49,062 bases of DNA, taken from NCBI RefSeq assembly GCF_001194135.2, contig NC_068983.1, forward strand, positions 131,732,297-131,781,358, read 5' to 3'. Numbering within the stretch: position 1 is the first letter of the stretch; each line of letters opens with the position of its first letter. Both the position numbers and the translations under genes were made by a program. The notes beneath the pieces are model-generated. The model was given only the letters and a program-made list of their open reading frames with translations. It searched no databases and was not told the origin of the DNA. The DNA is from Octopus bimaculoides (taxonomy: Eukaryota). Below, piece after piece: positions 1 to 11,510 of this stretch.

Positions 1-1247
1 AGAATCTAGTTAGGTCGTGGTGATCTAAGTATTCATTATTATAAACGAGCTTTAGGAGGAGGCCTAGTTCCATCGTGTTCACTTCACGGAAGGTTACTTC
101 ACTTTCCGAAATAATTTCAACACATCTCTCTACGGCAAAGTCAATGTCAATGGATGGATAGAGAGATACTACATCCATACTGCCTATAACACAATCTGTC
201 AGGTCATGGGAGCAGTTACATTCATTGACTCTGCTGAGGAGGTCCTCAGTGCTTTCACAAACATCAGGAGACATCTCGATGTGTGGTCTTAATATCTGTG
301 AGAGGAAGAATGACAGCCTATAATTGCTGGCAATATTGGCACCACAAATCGGTCGAAATGGGGGGCCCATGATAGGGTCTGAAACGGGTTTATGGTCTTT
401 TCGTAACCCATAGAGTGTAGAGATGTCGTTGTTGGATGATGCGAAGTTCTGTGCTGTGCGTCTCTTAGGTTGGAGTATGTTACACCACATTCCCATGTGT
501 GCATTGAGAATTTTCTCTACTTTTTCATATTCTTGCGGTGTAACTTCTCTCATATCTTCTATATGCTTTTGCATCGTATGGGTGTAGTTTTGCAGGCTGT
601 CTACCGATATCCTTCTTGATTTGTCTGTAGGGAGGCATACTATCTCATTTTTTTCTTACTCTATGTTTTAGTTTTCGTATGCCCATTGCAGCTACTGTAC
701 CGAGTTGGTGGGCCTCTACTTCGTTTTGTGTTGGTGCAGTTGCTATATAACTTGTTAATGTTTTCTTGAGTCTGCTTCTAGCTAAAGAGATCATGGCTTC
801 TGTTTTATCATCTGTGTATGGCGAGATGCATACTCTTTTGTTGAAAGGTAAATCCGTTGGATAGATTCGGGTCATATCATAGGATTTATCAATTGGGTTA
901 TAAAAGAGATTTTCTAAGGTGTTGTTGCCGCCATTGTTGTTATCATTGTATGTGTGGCTGCTGTTGTTGCTGTTGCTGCTGTTATTGTGACGGACGTTGT
1001 TGTTGCTGTTGTTCCTGGTGTGTGCGGTGCTGTTCGTGTGGTTGTTGCTATTGCTGTTATCATTGCTGTTGCTGATGGTGGTAGTGTAATCATTATTGTT
1101 GTTGGTGGTGGTGGCGGTGTAGTTATTGTTGCCATTTCCATTGTTATTGTTGGTTGCATTGTGAATATTATGCGTATTACTGTCGTGGTGGTTTCTTACA
1201 ACTGAGTTGTTTTTGTAGTGGTGTCCTTTATTAATTAGTCTGAAATG
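1..1247 (-). mobile_element. Penelope-like retroelement ORF: N-terminal region plus reverse transcriptase, running off the window start
   Basis: Manual translation gives a frame open from 655 to 1: EIVCLPTDKS...TLYGLRKDHK...PPFRPICGA...IGSMDVVSLYPSIDIDFAVERC. These match the PLE motifs I(x)PxDK, LYGLxKxHK/RPI and SxDVxSLY. The upstream frame 1247-645 is also open (includes track ORF 645-875) and is joined by a one-base shift in the A-run at 648-654. Confidence 0.85.
925..1200 (-). repeat. Imperfect trinucleotide (AAC/AGC/AAT) low-complexity tract, in frame with the PLE ORF and encoding an Asn/Ser/Thr/His-rich segment
   Basis: Plus strand is (GTT/GCT)-rich. The minus frame continuous with the ATG at 875 reads ...NNNNGNGNNNYTATTTNNNNDYTTTISNSNDNSNSNNH... 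with no stop until TAA at 1250-1248. Confidence 0.75.
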
Positions 1248-4200
1248 TTAACTGGAAGCTCAGCACCTTCAGGATTACTGAGATTGATGTGTAGCCACAG
1301 CATAACCAGCTTGATGTCAGTACCGCAGACGGCAGAAGAACGATATTAATTGCGATCTAAGAAGGAATAATTAGTGTGTCTGTTTATTAAATGTTCTGGA
1401 GGATGACAAACTATTGAAATAACGAGGGAATGAGGAAAACGAATTTATTGGATCGAGCGTTCGCAAAGAGGAATAATGTTTAAAGAAGTAGAGGCTGTGT
1501 AGTAGCAAATGTATACTGAGAGCACGTTATTACAGGCAGTTGGTGTGTGAATAATTGCCATACAACAGGATTGCATATGAGCCAACAAGGGATCCACTAA
1601 TGATATGTTAGAAATAGCAAGCAAACCAATTTCAAATGAAACGTTATCTTGGTAAATATAAACGGATATATTAGACTATATAGTTCCTGATATAAAAAAT
1701 AAACAAATAGAGACGGAACAATTAATGGACGAACGTTTTTGACAATAAATCTGATTGAATAAGGGGTAACATGTAGCTAAAACAGCAAAAACAAGACAGA
1801 ATTGTTTTGGAAGTGATCAAGTTTGCATGTCTGTGTGAATTAACAACAGTATTCTATACATGCCAGTAGTAGTGGTACGTCGTCCTTATCAGCTGCAGCG
1901 GGGTAAAGAAATGCGGTACAGAGCTTACGACATTTTCCAAACTAAATTTTAAGTCCATTCGTTACAGATAGACAGGTTAGTAATTTAAACATTGAGAAAT
2001 AGGGTAATGCCTCTCTGTTGGTGGAAGTTAGTGATTTCTTCTATAAGTCACTGAAATCCCAAACGTTACTTTATAATCATTCATCACGCCTCCGTAGCCA
2101 CTAGATGTTTTATCCCCACTTTTACCAAAGATTAGCCATTGATGTTTAGAATCAGCTAAATTTTCAGAATCTTGTTATTTCGCACTCTTGTAGTCAATGT
2201 GATTTGCGTTAGGCTCAGGGAAAATAGCTGTGCGTGAGCAAAACTATACAACTCATACAGAGAATAACCGTGAGATAAATTAGAACCTGCATTGATGAGC
2301 AGAACACTAGCCATCTAATTAAATAAAGAATGGGTTAGAAAGAGAGAGGGAAAGATAGATAGAGAGAAAGAGAAAGGAAGTGAAAAGAATTTAATGTGTC
2401 TCTAATTTTCTAAGAAGATGATTTCGAAGGGAAATTTTCACAAGTTCTAGAGTAATTAATGTTTTATGCGATAAGACCTGATGCTGAAGCATCTCCAGAA
2501 GGTTTAAAAGGGATCATATCTCAACAATTGTTTCACCTTGAAATGCAGATACAAGTATATGCAGGACAAAATGCAATCGTGAGGTGCCCGAGATACTCTT
2601 GGTAATCTTGAAAAATACGTTAGTGTAGAAAGTCTCATAATTTTCAGTTGCATTCTCTTCGACTTTTCATTCATACACGCATACATACACATGCACACAT
2701 GCACATGCTCTCTACCTCTAACTTTTCCTCTCCGTCTACACATACATATGTTAGACGCACACAGGTACATGTCATATGCATGTATTCATGTATATTTTTT
2801 GTATATACATTTTAGAAATTTTATTTCTAAAGTTCTGTTGTAATATCTTCTGAATGGAAAATTACCTAAAGCATATCTATCCATGCTTTAATCTTAAATG
2901 ACGTAAAATCTATTTAATCCGCATTTATTATTTTATCAATATAAGGATTTAAAAAATACTAACAAAATACTGAAAGGATAGAACCGAATATGCCCACTTT
3001 AGCACCCGCAAGGGAATATGAAGTTAAAACACTTCAGCTGGTAAATCGGCACCCTGGTAGCTCAATGTGTTCCTGCTATTATGCAATAAAAATGAATTTA
3101 TTTGATGCATACCTTTAGGGCTAAAAGCTTTATACGGAATTATTCTCTTTTTTGTTTCTGAAATCTTGCACATTACTATTTGAAGTCCTGAAGGGTAGGA
3201 TAGAGAGATAGAAAGATTATATTTGAAATAATTCTAAAATAAAAATATATTTTACTTGCATAAAGAACATAATTGAGTAATGCAGTCATGTATATAGTTA
3301 ATTAATTCCTTACATAAAGATAAATATCTTCAAAATGAATCCCCATTTGAATAAAAGCGTTTCTTATAAAATACGGAACAGATAATAACACAAAGTATTT
3401 GAGTCGAATGATGTAGTAGCATTATTTCTCGACAAATTAATACCATGATTAGAATTCATGTAAAGGCGACTTTTGGTTCGGAAACCAGTGCATGCAGTAT
3501 TGAAAAAATCATTACTCAATTGAGTTCATACACATAGAGATTGTACATACACTTTTTCCAATTGAATCTTACAAAGATGCAAGATATGCATTAAGTACTG
3601 ATTTGTTATTGGTATACATCTTTGCTATGTATTCCACATCTTGCATTTATGCCAGTAAATCCAACACATTTTAATTGCTGCTTCTTACAGTTTGATTTTA
3701 AACGGGTTACTAATCCAAGGCACTCCAAATAAATTTCATATTTCCTGCACCTAGAGTTGCAGGAAAATTTGTAGAGTATTTGTACTTCGTAAAAAGACTC
3801 GATTTGTTTGTCGAAATTGATAACTTAATTACATAAAAAAAACCTTTATTAGTATGGCATGACTTAATTGAAAAAGAATATGTGAAACTCTCAATTACTA
3901 GAATAACTTATAATTGCAAGGCTGGTGATATACAAGTGTCAAAATCAATCAAGAAACATTTTTTTTTTGTTTTGATAACTACATAAAATTATGCTACTCC
4001 TTTGTAGGTATTTTCAAACATTGTAACTGAAGAATCATAATCTTAGCCCGATCATATAATTATAAATAATCGTGTAACATTTAACTGTACAATACTAATA
4101 ATAATGATCACTGTTAGAATAGACTGTTAGAACATATATCGTATTACTCAAGGCTTATTACTTCCAGATGCAGTCCTTTTATAATGTCAATTTGTCATCT

Positions 4201-5203
4201 GAACCGGAGGCTGTCCATATATTCCCCACCAACATAGAATAAATTTTCGAAGATACTGACAATAGAAGACACTACATTTCGGAACGTAGTTTATATCAGC
4301 AACAATTCGGAAGAAATGGTATCAATATTTGGCTCTAAAAACTATGAAAATCTCCAAAATAGGTACCAGTACACAGTAATAAAAATTCCATCAAATCAGG
4401 TTCGTTAAGGAATAAATACGCCAAGGGCTTTCATTTTGATAGACCAGGACTCTTCAATATTTCCCAATAAGCGATAAAAATTTGCCTTAAACATTCCAAA
4501 TTTCGAACAGTATATGCACGTTGAACGAATGTACACGCAAAGAAAAAATACAGGAATACAGAGGCGTAAGGATACAACGACATCAGCTTCGCTCATCTAC
4601 TAAAAACGAAAACGAGCCTAAGGGAGGGCTTCCACATTAATTTTGGCAATGCCTTAACATGACCACATCTCACTGGATGGAATTAGTAATGATGAAAAAT
4701 TGTATATTTTATATTAGAACCTTGATAGAATTTTTAGATACGTAATAATGTGATGGCACTAGTTTAATGAGTCAAAAATATTTGAGTGTCAAAAAGAATA
4801 GTACGCAAACTTAGGAAGAGTAGTACTGAATATTTGAGGAATAAATCTCACACGGAAGAAAAGATGGCATATAAACAGGTTTCACTCACTCACTCACTCT
4901 TGGTTTCCTTTTAAGCACGCGCACACAGGCACACATACACTTAAACGAAAATGAGCTAAGAGACATATAACTCTAACTAGATATTACTATTTATTTATAA
5001 ATTCTTAATTTATTGAAATTCGCCACCCCCACGTACGGAAAATCGCTTGATTCATGTGACTGACCTCTTCTTCATTTGGAGCTTGTCCCAAATCTATCAA
5101 GCAATTGTTCTAGCTTTCCTGCACGACGAGAAAATCTCAAAAATTAGGAGTTTATCTTGTGTGGTATCTAATATGCAGGCATTGACTTTTGTTATGTGTA
5201 TGC

Positions 5204-5206
<3 letters not shown>

Positions 5207-5283
<77 letters not shown>
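5207..5283. repeat. (TA)n microsatellite, one of many CA/TA/GA/TAG/AAT arrays in the window
   Basis: Directly visible perfect dinucleotide run. Confidence 0.98.
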
Positions 5284-5286
<3 letters not shown>

Positions 5287-5356
5287 TTTATGTATACAAA
5301 TATGTATGTATGTATATATGTATGTATGATGTATATGTCTGTGTGTGCGTGTAATA

Positions 5357-5545
5357 GTGGCTGTGGAGTAAGACGTTTACTTTCCAACCACATGCTTTCA
5401 GTTTTCAACTACCTAATTCGCTCACTAGGCTTTAGTTGGCCCGGGGCTAAAGTAAAAGATGCCTGCCCAAGGTGCCACGCAGTGGGACTGAACCAAGAAC
5501 AAGGTGTTTGGGAAGCAAGCTTCTTACCGCACAGTCACACACGTG
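5357..5545 (-). mobile_element. tRNA-derived SINE 5' fragment (minus), preceded by a short decayed plus-strand head of the same family
   Basis: The reverse complement GTGTGACTGTGCGGTAAGAAGCTTGCTTCCC...GGTTCAGTCCCACTGCGTGGCACCTTGGGCAGG has A/B-box-like motifs. Homologous to 31965-32108. Confidence 0.75.
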
Positions 5546-5939
5546 ATTTTCATTTAAAAACTACATCTCTATATGGACTTCCGTTAATGCATGTGCAATG
5601 ATGTACAGAATCAGAGATGCCCGGTTGCAGCATACTTTCAATAAAAGCGAAAAAATAATTATAATCATTAATTCATCAAACAAATGATTAACACCACAGC
5701 ACATTAGCATACTCTCCAAATTCAGATCAACCCCTTAACGCCACAACTACAACGAAAAGAAAGACAGCATTTCTGAATTCTGCAGGAAAACGAGACTGAC
5801 TGAAGAATTGCACAACAAAAACAATGGTGTCGTGTCGAAAGTAAGAAAGAACAATAACTACACCCCGTCCACCAAGATGCAACTTCAAAATCCTTGACAA
5901 TTTCTGTGAATATATTTTGAATTAGCCATATCAACACAC

Positions 5940-6228
5940 ACATAAGCACAAACTAAACTTCAGTAGGAGTGAGTGGGAGGAGCTAAGCAAGTTGGATAAA
6001 CTACAGCCTGGTCCTGATTAATGACAGTGTCGAGGGATTTGAAAGAATGTTCTTCTTCGGGCAAAATCTGCAAGAAATCCCAGTTGATTTTGTTGATAGC
6101 ATCCTTATGTGGAGCGAAGATGGCTCAGTCACATAGCCATTGACTGTTGCTAAAGTTTTTTGCAGTGTTTGGGAGCACATGCATTATGAGAACATTGACA
6201 CTTGGTATCATCTCACCACAGGCTTTCT
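5940..6228 (-). mobile_element. Helitron RepHel fragment, PIF1-type helicase region (pseudogenised)
   Basis: Translation CGEMIPSVNVLIMHVLPNTAKNFSNSQWLCD*AIFAPHKDAINKINWDFLQILPEEEHSFKSLDTVINQDQAVVYPT, then PHSLLLK in a shifted frame. Matches the Helitron pattern WLxERAILAPxN...SxDTV...YPTEFLNSL...PPHxLxLK. Confidence 0.85.
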
Positions 6229-6229
6229 T

Positions 6230-7445
6230 CTCCCACCGAATTTGGATGATGATGACTTTCAGAAAAATGAATATTTTATAAATGAAATTTTATACGAATA
6301 TGTGTTATATCATGTAGATTCTGAATATGCAAAATTTTTGGGAAGTGGGGAGTGTCTTAGGAGAGGGTGGGGGAGATTTTCAGAAAATTTGCTGGAGTCC
6401 ACTTCAATTCGTTTTAACTTTCAGGAAAATGGATACTTTTTAATGAAATCGTCTTCAAATATACCTCGGACTATGTAGATTCTAAGCAGATAGAATAGGG
6501 AGAAAAATGATTGAGGGTTACTTTTGAGAACTGTTCCCTACTGGAAGATGTTTCGGAACAAGTCGTCCATATTTGTTTCTGTATCTCAGTTATGTGCGTT
6601 TGTGCATCCATATATAGCCCTTAAACCTAGTCGTAAATTTCGGGAAAAAAATTGAAAATTTAAGGAATGGGTGTATTAAAAAGTCTAAAAGTAAATTTTT
6701 TTGGCATATTCAGAATCTCCTTTGGAGACAAGGTTGGAATCCGTTGAAAAAAAAAAAAAAAAAAAAAGCACATGCTTATTCTCAGTGTCCTCACACACAT
6801 GTATATATATAACGAAAAAAGTTCAGACGGGGAATTACTCCGTTCAATATCATGTTTATTATAGAGATTACGTAACAAATTATACTTTACACTTATACAT
6901 TTTACTGTGCGTATTTCTTCCTTATTTTTGATTCTGGTGTCTTCTGGTTTCCATTTACCTGGGAATTTACTTTAAGAGAAAAAAAAATCGTATGCAGCAC
7001 ATAAGTCGTCTTAATATCACTTTTAGCATGAATTTTTTTGGTGAGGGCTTCATTTGTTTTCATTTCCTGTTGCTTCAGATTTTTAAATCTATGGATGCAC
7101 AAACGCACAAAACAGAAAATGTAACAAATATAGACTACTTGTTCCGAAACACACCCGAGTGGGGAACAGTTCTCAAAACCCCCAACCCCAATTGTTTTCC
7201 CCCTAAATTCCTATATGCTCAGAATTTACATGGTCCGAGGTATATTTGTAGATAATTTCATTAAAAAATATCCCTTTTCCTGAACGTTAAGCGAATTGAA
7301 GTGTACTCTAGTAAACACTTTCCCCAAGAAATTTTGTATACTCGGATTCTACATGATATAACACATATTCGTTAAAAATTTCATTCAAAAATATCAATTT
7401 TCCTGTAAGTTATGATCATCCAAAATCGGTGGGGGTGGGGGCAGA
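6230..7445. mobile_element. Foldback-type non-autonomous element with about 380-bp imperfect inverted arms (about 6230-6612 and 7090-7445)
   Basis: Arms align as reverse complements, e.g. AATGAAATTTTATACGAATATGTGTTATATCATGTAGATTC, CACTTCAATTCG, AAATATACCTCGGAC, TTTTGAGAACTGTTCCC, TTTCGGAACAAGT and TGTGCGTTTGTGCATCCATA. No coding capacity in the roughly 480-bp spacer. Confidence 0.8.
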
Positions 7446-7989
7446 AATCTGTAGTCATGTCCTGTTGACACTTGATCAATTAAATGAAATCTACATATGA
7501 ATTTTTTCACACACACACACACACACACGCTCACATAGCTATATATCATACACAAATAGAACGCTGGAGAAGAATAAAAAAAATAAAAGTAACTTCAGAA
7601 ATTCTTTTTCATCTGAAATCGTCACAACTATAATGATGTATACATACGTGTGTGTAAATAGCTGGTTACTTGGCTACTATGTTGACATTGACAAAACAGT
7701 CAAGTGAAAGTGTTAGTGAGTTGATTTTCGTCAAGAATAACCACATGGGATTTAAATGTGAAATATCAAGTATTGACAAGGCGACTGTCCGAAATATGTA
7801 TTGGAAAATGAATGTACTATGTACAATACTTTATTTAATTAATTGAGAAAAAGGCGTCTATCTTCGTCTGAATTTTTTTCCTGACATGAAAGTACCTTTA
7901 GAAATTCCTTTTTATCACAAATCGTCATAACTGCAATAATGTATACATACGTGTGTGTGTGTAAATAGCTGGTTAGACGCCAAAGACAG

Positions 7990-8172
7990 GAAGTTCAAAC
8001 ACAAGAAATTGAGAAAACGATTTGAAGAAGTGAATCTTTATATAGAGAGCAAATATTATTTATTTTTAGTAAAAAAAATTATCAAGTTCAAATTATTCAT
8101 GTACCCCAAGTATGGTACAGATTGATCCAAAAGTTTGAGAGTGCATTGAGAACACACACATTTTATATATTA

Positions 8173-8219
<47 letters not shown>

Positions 8220-8225
8220 TATATA
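7990..8225 (+). mobile_element. Non-autonomous Helitron/DINE-1-like element end, same family as 21245-21480
   Basis: Shares TTGAGAAA..TTTGAAGAAGTGAATC...TTATTT..AAAAAAA...TCAAATTATTCA(T/C)GTA(C/T)CCCAAGT(A/T)TGG with the second copy, followed by a CA microsatellite. Classification is by layout only. Confidence 0.5.
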
Positions 8226-8405
8226 NNNNNNNNNNNNNNNNNNNNNNNNNNNNNNNNNNNNNNNNNNNNNNNNNNNNNNNNNNNNNNNNNNNNNNNNNNN
8301 NNNNNNNNNNNNNNNNNNNNNNNNNNNNNNNNNNAAAGAGACCTCGATATTATGTAAATAGAGGAATTTATCTGTAAAAATATGCGACATTTATTCGGTA
8401 GATAT

Positions 8406-8466
8406 GATAAAACTCCGAGTTTCGGATGCCGGGGTGGGAACCCACGCCAACATCTCTTCAGTTATC
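8406..8466 (-). ncRNA. Minimal type I hammerhead ribozyme motif
   Basis: GAUAA-CUGAAGA-GAUG(22 nt)CAUC-C-GAAA-CUC-G-GAG-U-U/UUAUC. Stem I is GAUAA:UUAUC, stem II GAUG:CAUC, stem III has a 1-nt loop, and the cleavage triplet is GUU. Confidence 0.75.
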
Positions 8467-8898
8467 CGGCCACTGAAAATTCCCGTCTTTTATCTGGCCT
8501 TGAAATTACCCTCCGTGAGGCCCACGTATTTCGTCGTCGAGACTGTGTCCTTAGTGGATATAGAGTCCACGGTGGCCTCATAAATGATGGTTTCGGACAT
8601 GCAAGCTCAATTTAGCGGGCACAGTTTTTTAATCTCTGGATGAACAGCTGGTTTCATATTGTGATTATATTTTTAAAATTAGCAGTTGAGTTGAAACTGA
8701 TTTTTAAGTTATGTCTGTTGAAGATCTTTCTATAACTATGGTTGACTGGAAAGTGTCTATCTATCAGTGCCAAGAAGGACTTGCCTATATTAAAGGTCAC
8801 TTCGGGTTAGTAGGACGGTGTGAACCAGATAGTTTTCCTATTCCTATGGTTTCTTTTCTTTATTACTGGTCATTCTTCACAGGAATTTTCAATGGCCG

Positions 8899-8959
8899 GA
8901 TAACTGAAGAGATGTTGGCGTGGGTTCCCACCCCGGCATCCGAAACTCGGAGTTTTATT
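8899..8959 (+). ncRNA. Second copy of the same hammerhead motif, in the inverted terminal repeat
   Basis: Identical core (CTGAAGA 8904-8910, CGAAAC 8941-8946). Stem I is GAUAA:UUAUU, with a terminal G-U pair. Confidence 0.72.
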
Positions 8960-9577
8960 ATGGCTACCGAATAAGTGCTACATATTTTTACACACACACA
9001 CACATACACACACACATACACACGCACATACACACACGCACACACATATGTTTGTGTGTGTGTATGCTCACCCACTTCCCGCATCTCACAGTGATCCACA
9101 TTTACACATTGACACACACACACACACACACACATACAAATGCAAATATATACACACATATATAAATTCATAGATTATATATAGGGTTAACAATACCATT
9201 TCAAGGGTCATGTACACTGACGGTATAATTGTCAAAAGTGCATCTATTAGAGATTTATGCAGGCTTTGAAAGCAATATAAAAATAGACTTGTAGTAATGG
9301 AACAGGATGAAAATCTTGATGATTGCATGGCTGTAAAAAAATATATAATATCGATATAAAATTACGAGAGAGGCATAAGAAACATTGTCCCATGTACTTA
9401 TACAAAATACACACATTCATATCAACTGTCAAATTGCAAAATGAACATGACATACACAAACATACTACACACTAGCACATCACCAAAACATACACCATAT
9501 TCGCTCACAGCTACACGGATATACAAACACATATAGGCAATAAGCATACTCATTTGTTCATATGTAATAATTTTATA

Positions 9578-9741
9578 TTTCGGCATGCACCTTGTAGTAT
9601 GCTGTTTAAAGCCTGTTCACTCTATTAGGTTGTATTGATGACTGATGTCATCAAAAGTATGGATACGAAAGGCACTAGATTCCTTCGTGTTCGTAGGGTT
9701 TATGACATATGAGAGAAAGAAAGAAACTAAATAGAATTCAC
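9578..9741 (+). repeat. Unclassified dispersed repeat, homologous to 45202-45363
   Basis: Shared blocks TTCGG.AT.CACC.TG.AGTATGC.GTTTAAAGCC.GTTCAC and ATTCCTTCGTGT.C.TA..GTTTAT...TGAGAGAAAGAAAA...GAATTCAC. Confidence 0.65.
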
Positions 9742-9902
9742 AAGATTCTTTATTAGCTACTACGATGGGTCGCAACGTTTTTATGACACCAAAAAGATGT
9801 AAGGCAGAAACGACATCGGTAGCATTTGAACCCAGAACAGAGAAGAATACATATATATTGCAAAGCAATATACTTTACCAATCAAGTACCTCTACTTCAC
9901 CT

Positions 9903-9961
<59 letters not shown>

Positions 9962-11510
9962 AATAAACATTTAATTGAAACGAGCCAAAATGATTTGAGA
10001 TAGATTGTTAAATATATGGTAATATATGACGTTTGTCGTGACAGTTGCAAATGGAAGTCATGAGCCACAAGAGAGATTAAATTTTAATCACGTTCATAAC
10101 AAAAGACACAGACAACAGAGACAACAGTAGTAACAACAACCACAAACAAGACAACAATAGCAACAGAAGGATAGAACAAGAAGTCCAACTACATCAGATG
10201 ATGACAATAATGAAAACTATCTCTGATAAATAATACAAAATCTTTCAGAAACCATGATGATATTCAGGAACGGAAATTACCACTGGTTGCTTAAGCAAAG
10301 CGATCTGTTTTCCTGAAAACAAGAAATAAAAGAGAAAAATACAATAGATAGTTTGGTTTCTTATTGTCCATCTCAATATCAACATAAAAACAAGACATCA
10401 GAACTATATTTCAGCAGTTCGAAGCGAATGAGAGATGATAGAGAAAAATGAGTAAGTGGTAGAGAAGTGATAGATAACACTGATGTATGACAGATATATA
10501 ATTAGTTTGACAAGACTCATCTCGATATTCATTAGATAATGTTGTTGTTGTTGCTTAACTGCAGGTCAATATTGATCGAAGCGACCTATGACTAACGGCG
10601 TTCCCACCATTAGCACATGTAATTTTCTAACACTGTAGGTAGAACTAAATTATCCAATGTAACATTCCTTTCTTATATATTTTAAAGATGATATGATCTG
10701 CATGACGAACGGCCACTTAGAAATATCTTTGTCTGCTTTATTTAGCTAATGCAGGAACCGACGGATACAACACTGTGTTGTATACAGTAAGACTAGGCAG
10801 CCTGGCAACGGGACAATGCTGCAGTAATTTGTCTCTTGGCAATCATTATTTCTTACCGTCTTTATGCTGTGTATTATAGGACAATGACTGATGACAGTTA
10901 TCATAACTATATAATTTTTCTCTTCGTCAATGATATATACTTAAGGAAATATTCAAATCCCGAACAGCAAAAAGGAGAAATATTCACCAATTATACACTG
11001 CATTATAAAGCCCACGATACTGAGATGATACTTACTATGGCACTGTAAATGTGAATACTGTCACTAGACATTTGGTATCATGCTATGGAATAAATACAGC
11101 ATTAGAAAAGCTACTGTTTAACCTTATACTTGTACGTTGATGTCTTAGTGATTGACATGCTATCATTATTTTATAACGAAGCATGATCAATGTCTTTTCA
11201 ATTTTCTATTTAATCTCTTCAGTGGCTAACTAACTCATAATGAAACTACTGCGATGCTCTTGCGTTTTTTAAGTATCCAGTCTCAATCTGTAGCTACGTT
11301 TGAAATTAATTATAGCCAACACCAACAGAAACAAGATACTTTAAAACTGAATAAGTATGTTAAAAGAAAACAAATACAAACACCAATTTATGTAAATTAT
11401 AAACAATAAATAATTTAAATGACATTATCAAAATTAATTGGTTTCTTTCTAGGGAATGAAGACGACCACTGCATCTACAGCATTAGGTCATGTCCTCACT
11501 TGAATGTGAT

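Larger units (their letters stand above)
8345..8992 (-). mobile_element. 5'-truncated, internally deleted PLE with 3' terminal repeat and inverted 5' copy
   Basis: The minus strand 8875-8492 encodes KKRNHRNRKTIWFTPSY...NIGKSFLALIDRHFPVNHSYRKIFNRHNLKISF and CMSETIIYEATV...KYVGLTEGNFKAR (PLE linker plus start of GIY-YIG). Inverted repeat arms at 8373-8484 and 8881-8992. About 88% identical by eye to 14721-14820. Confidence 0.88.

Noticed and set aside
1868-1900. Hammerhead-like CTGATAAGGAC...GTACC on the minus strand upstream of the PLE RT
   Set aside because: The core is CUGAUAA rather than CUGANGA and no GAAA follows stem II; at best a decayed relic.
5047-5601. Long track ORFs here and at 33619-34524, 39296-39779, 40931-41392 and 47059-47850
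   Set aside because: They are stop-free only because of microsatellites or N gaps.
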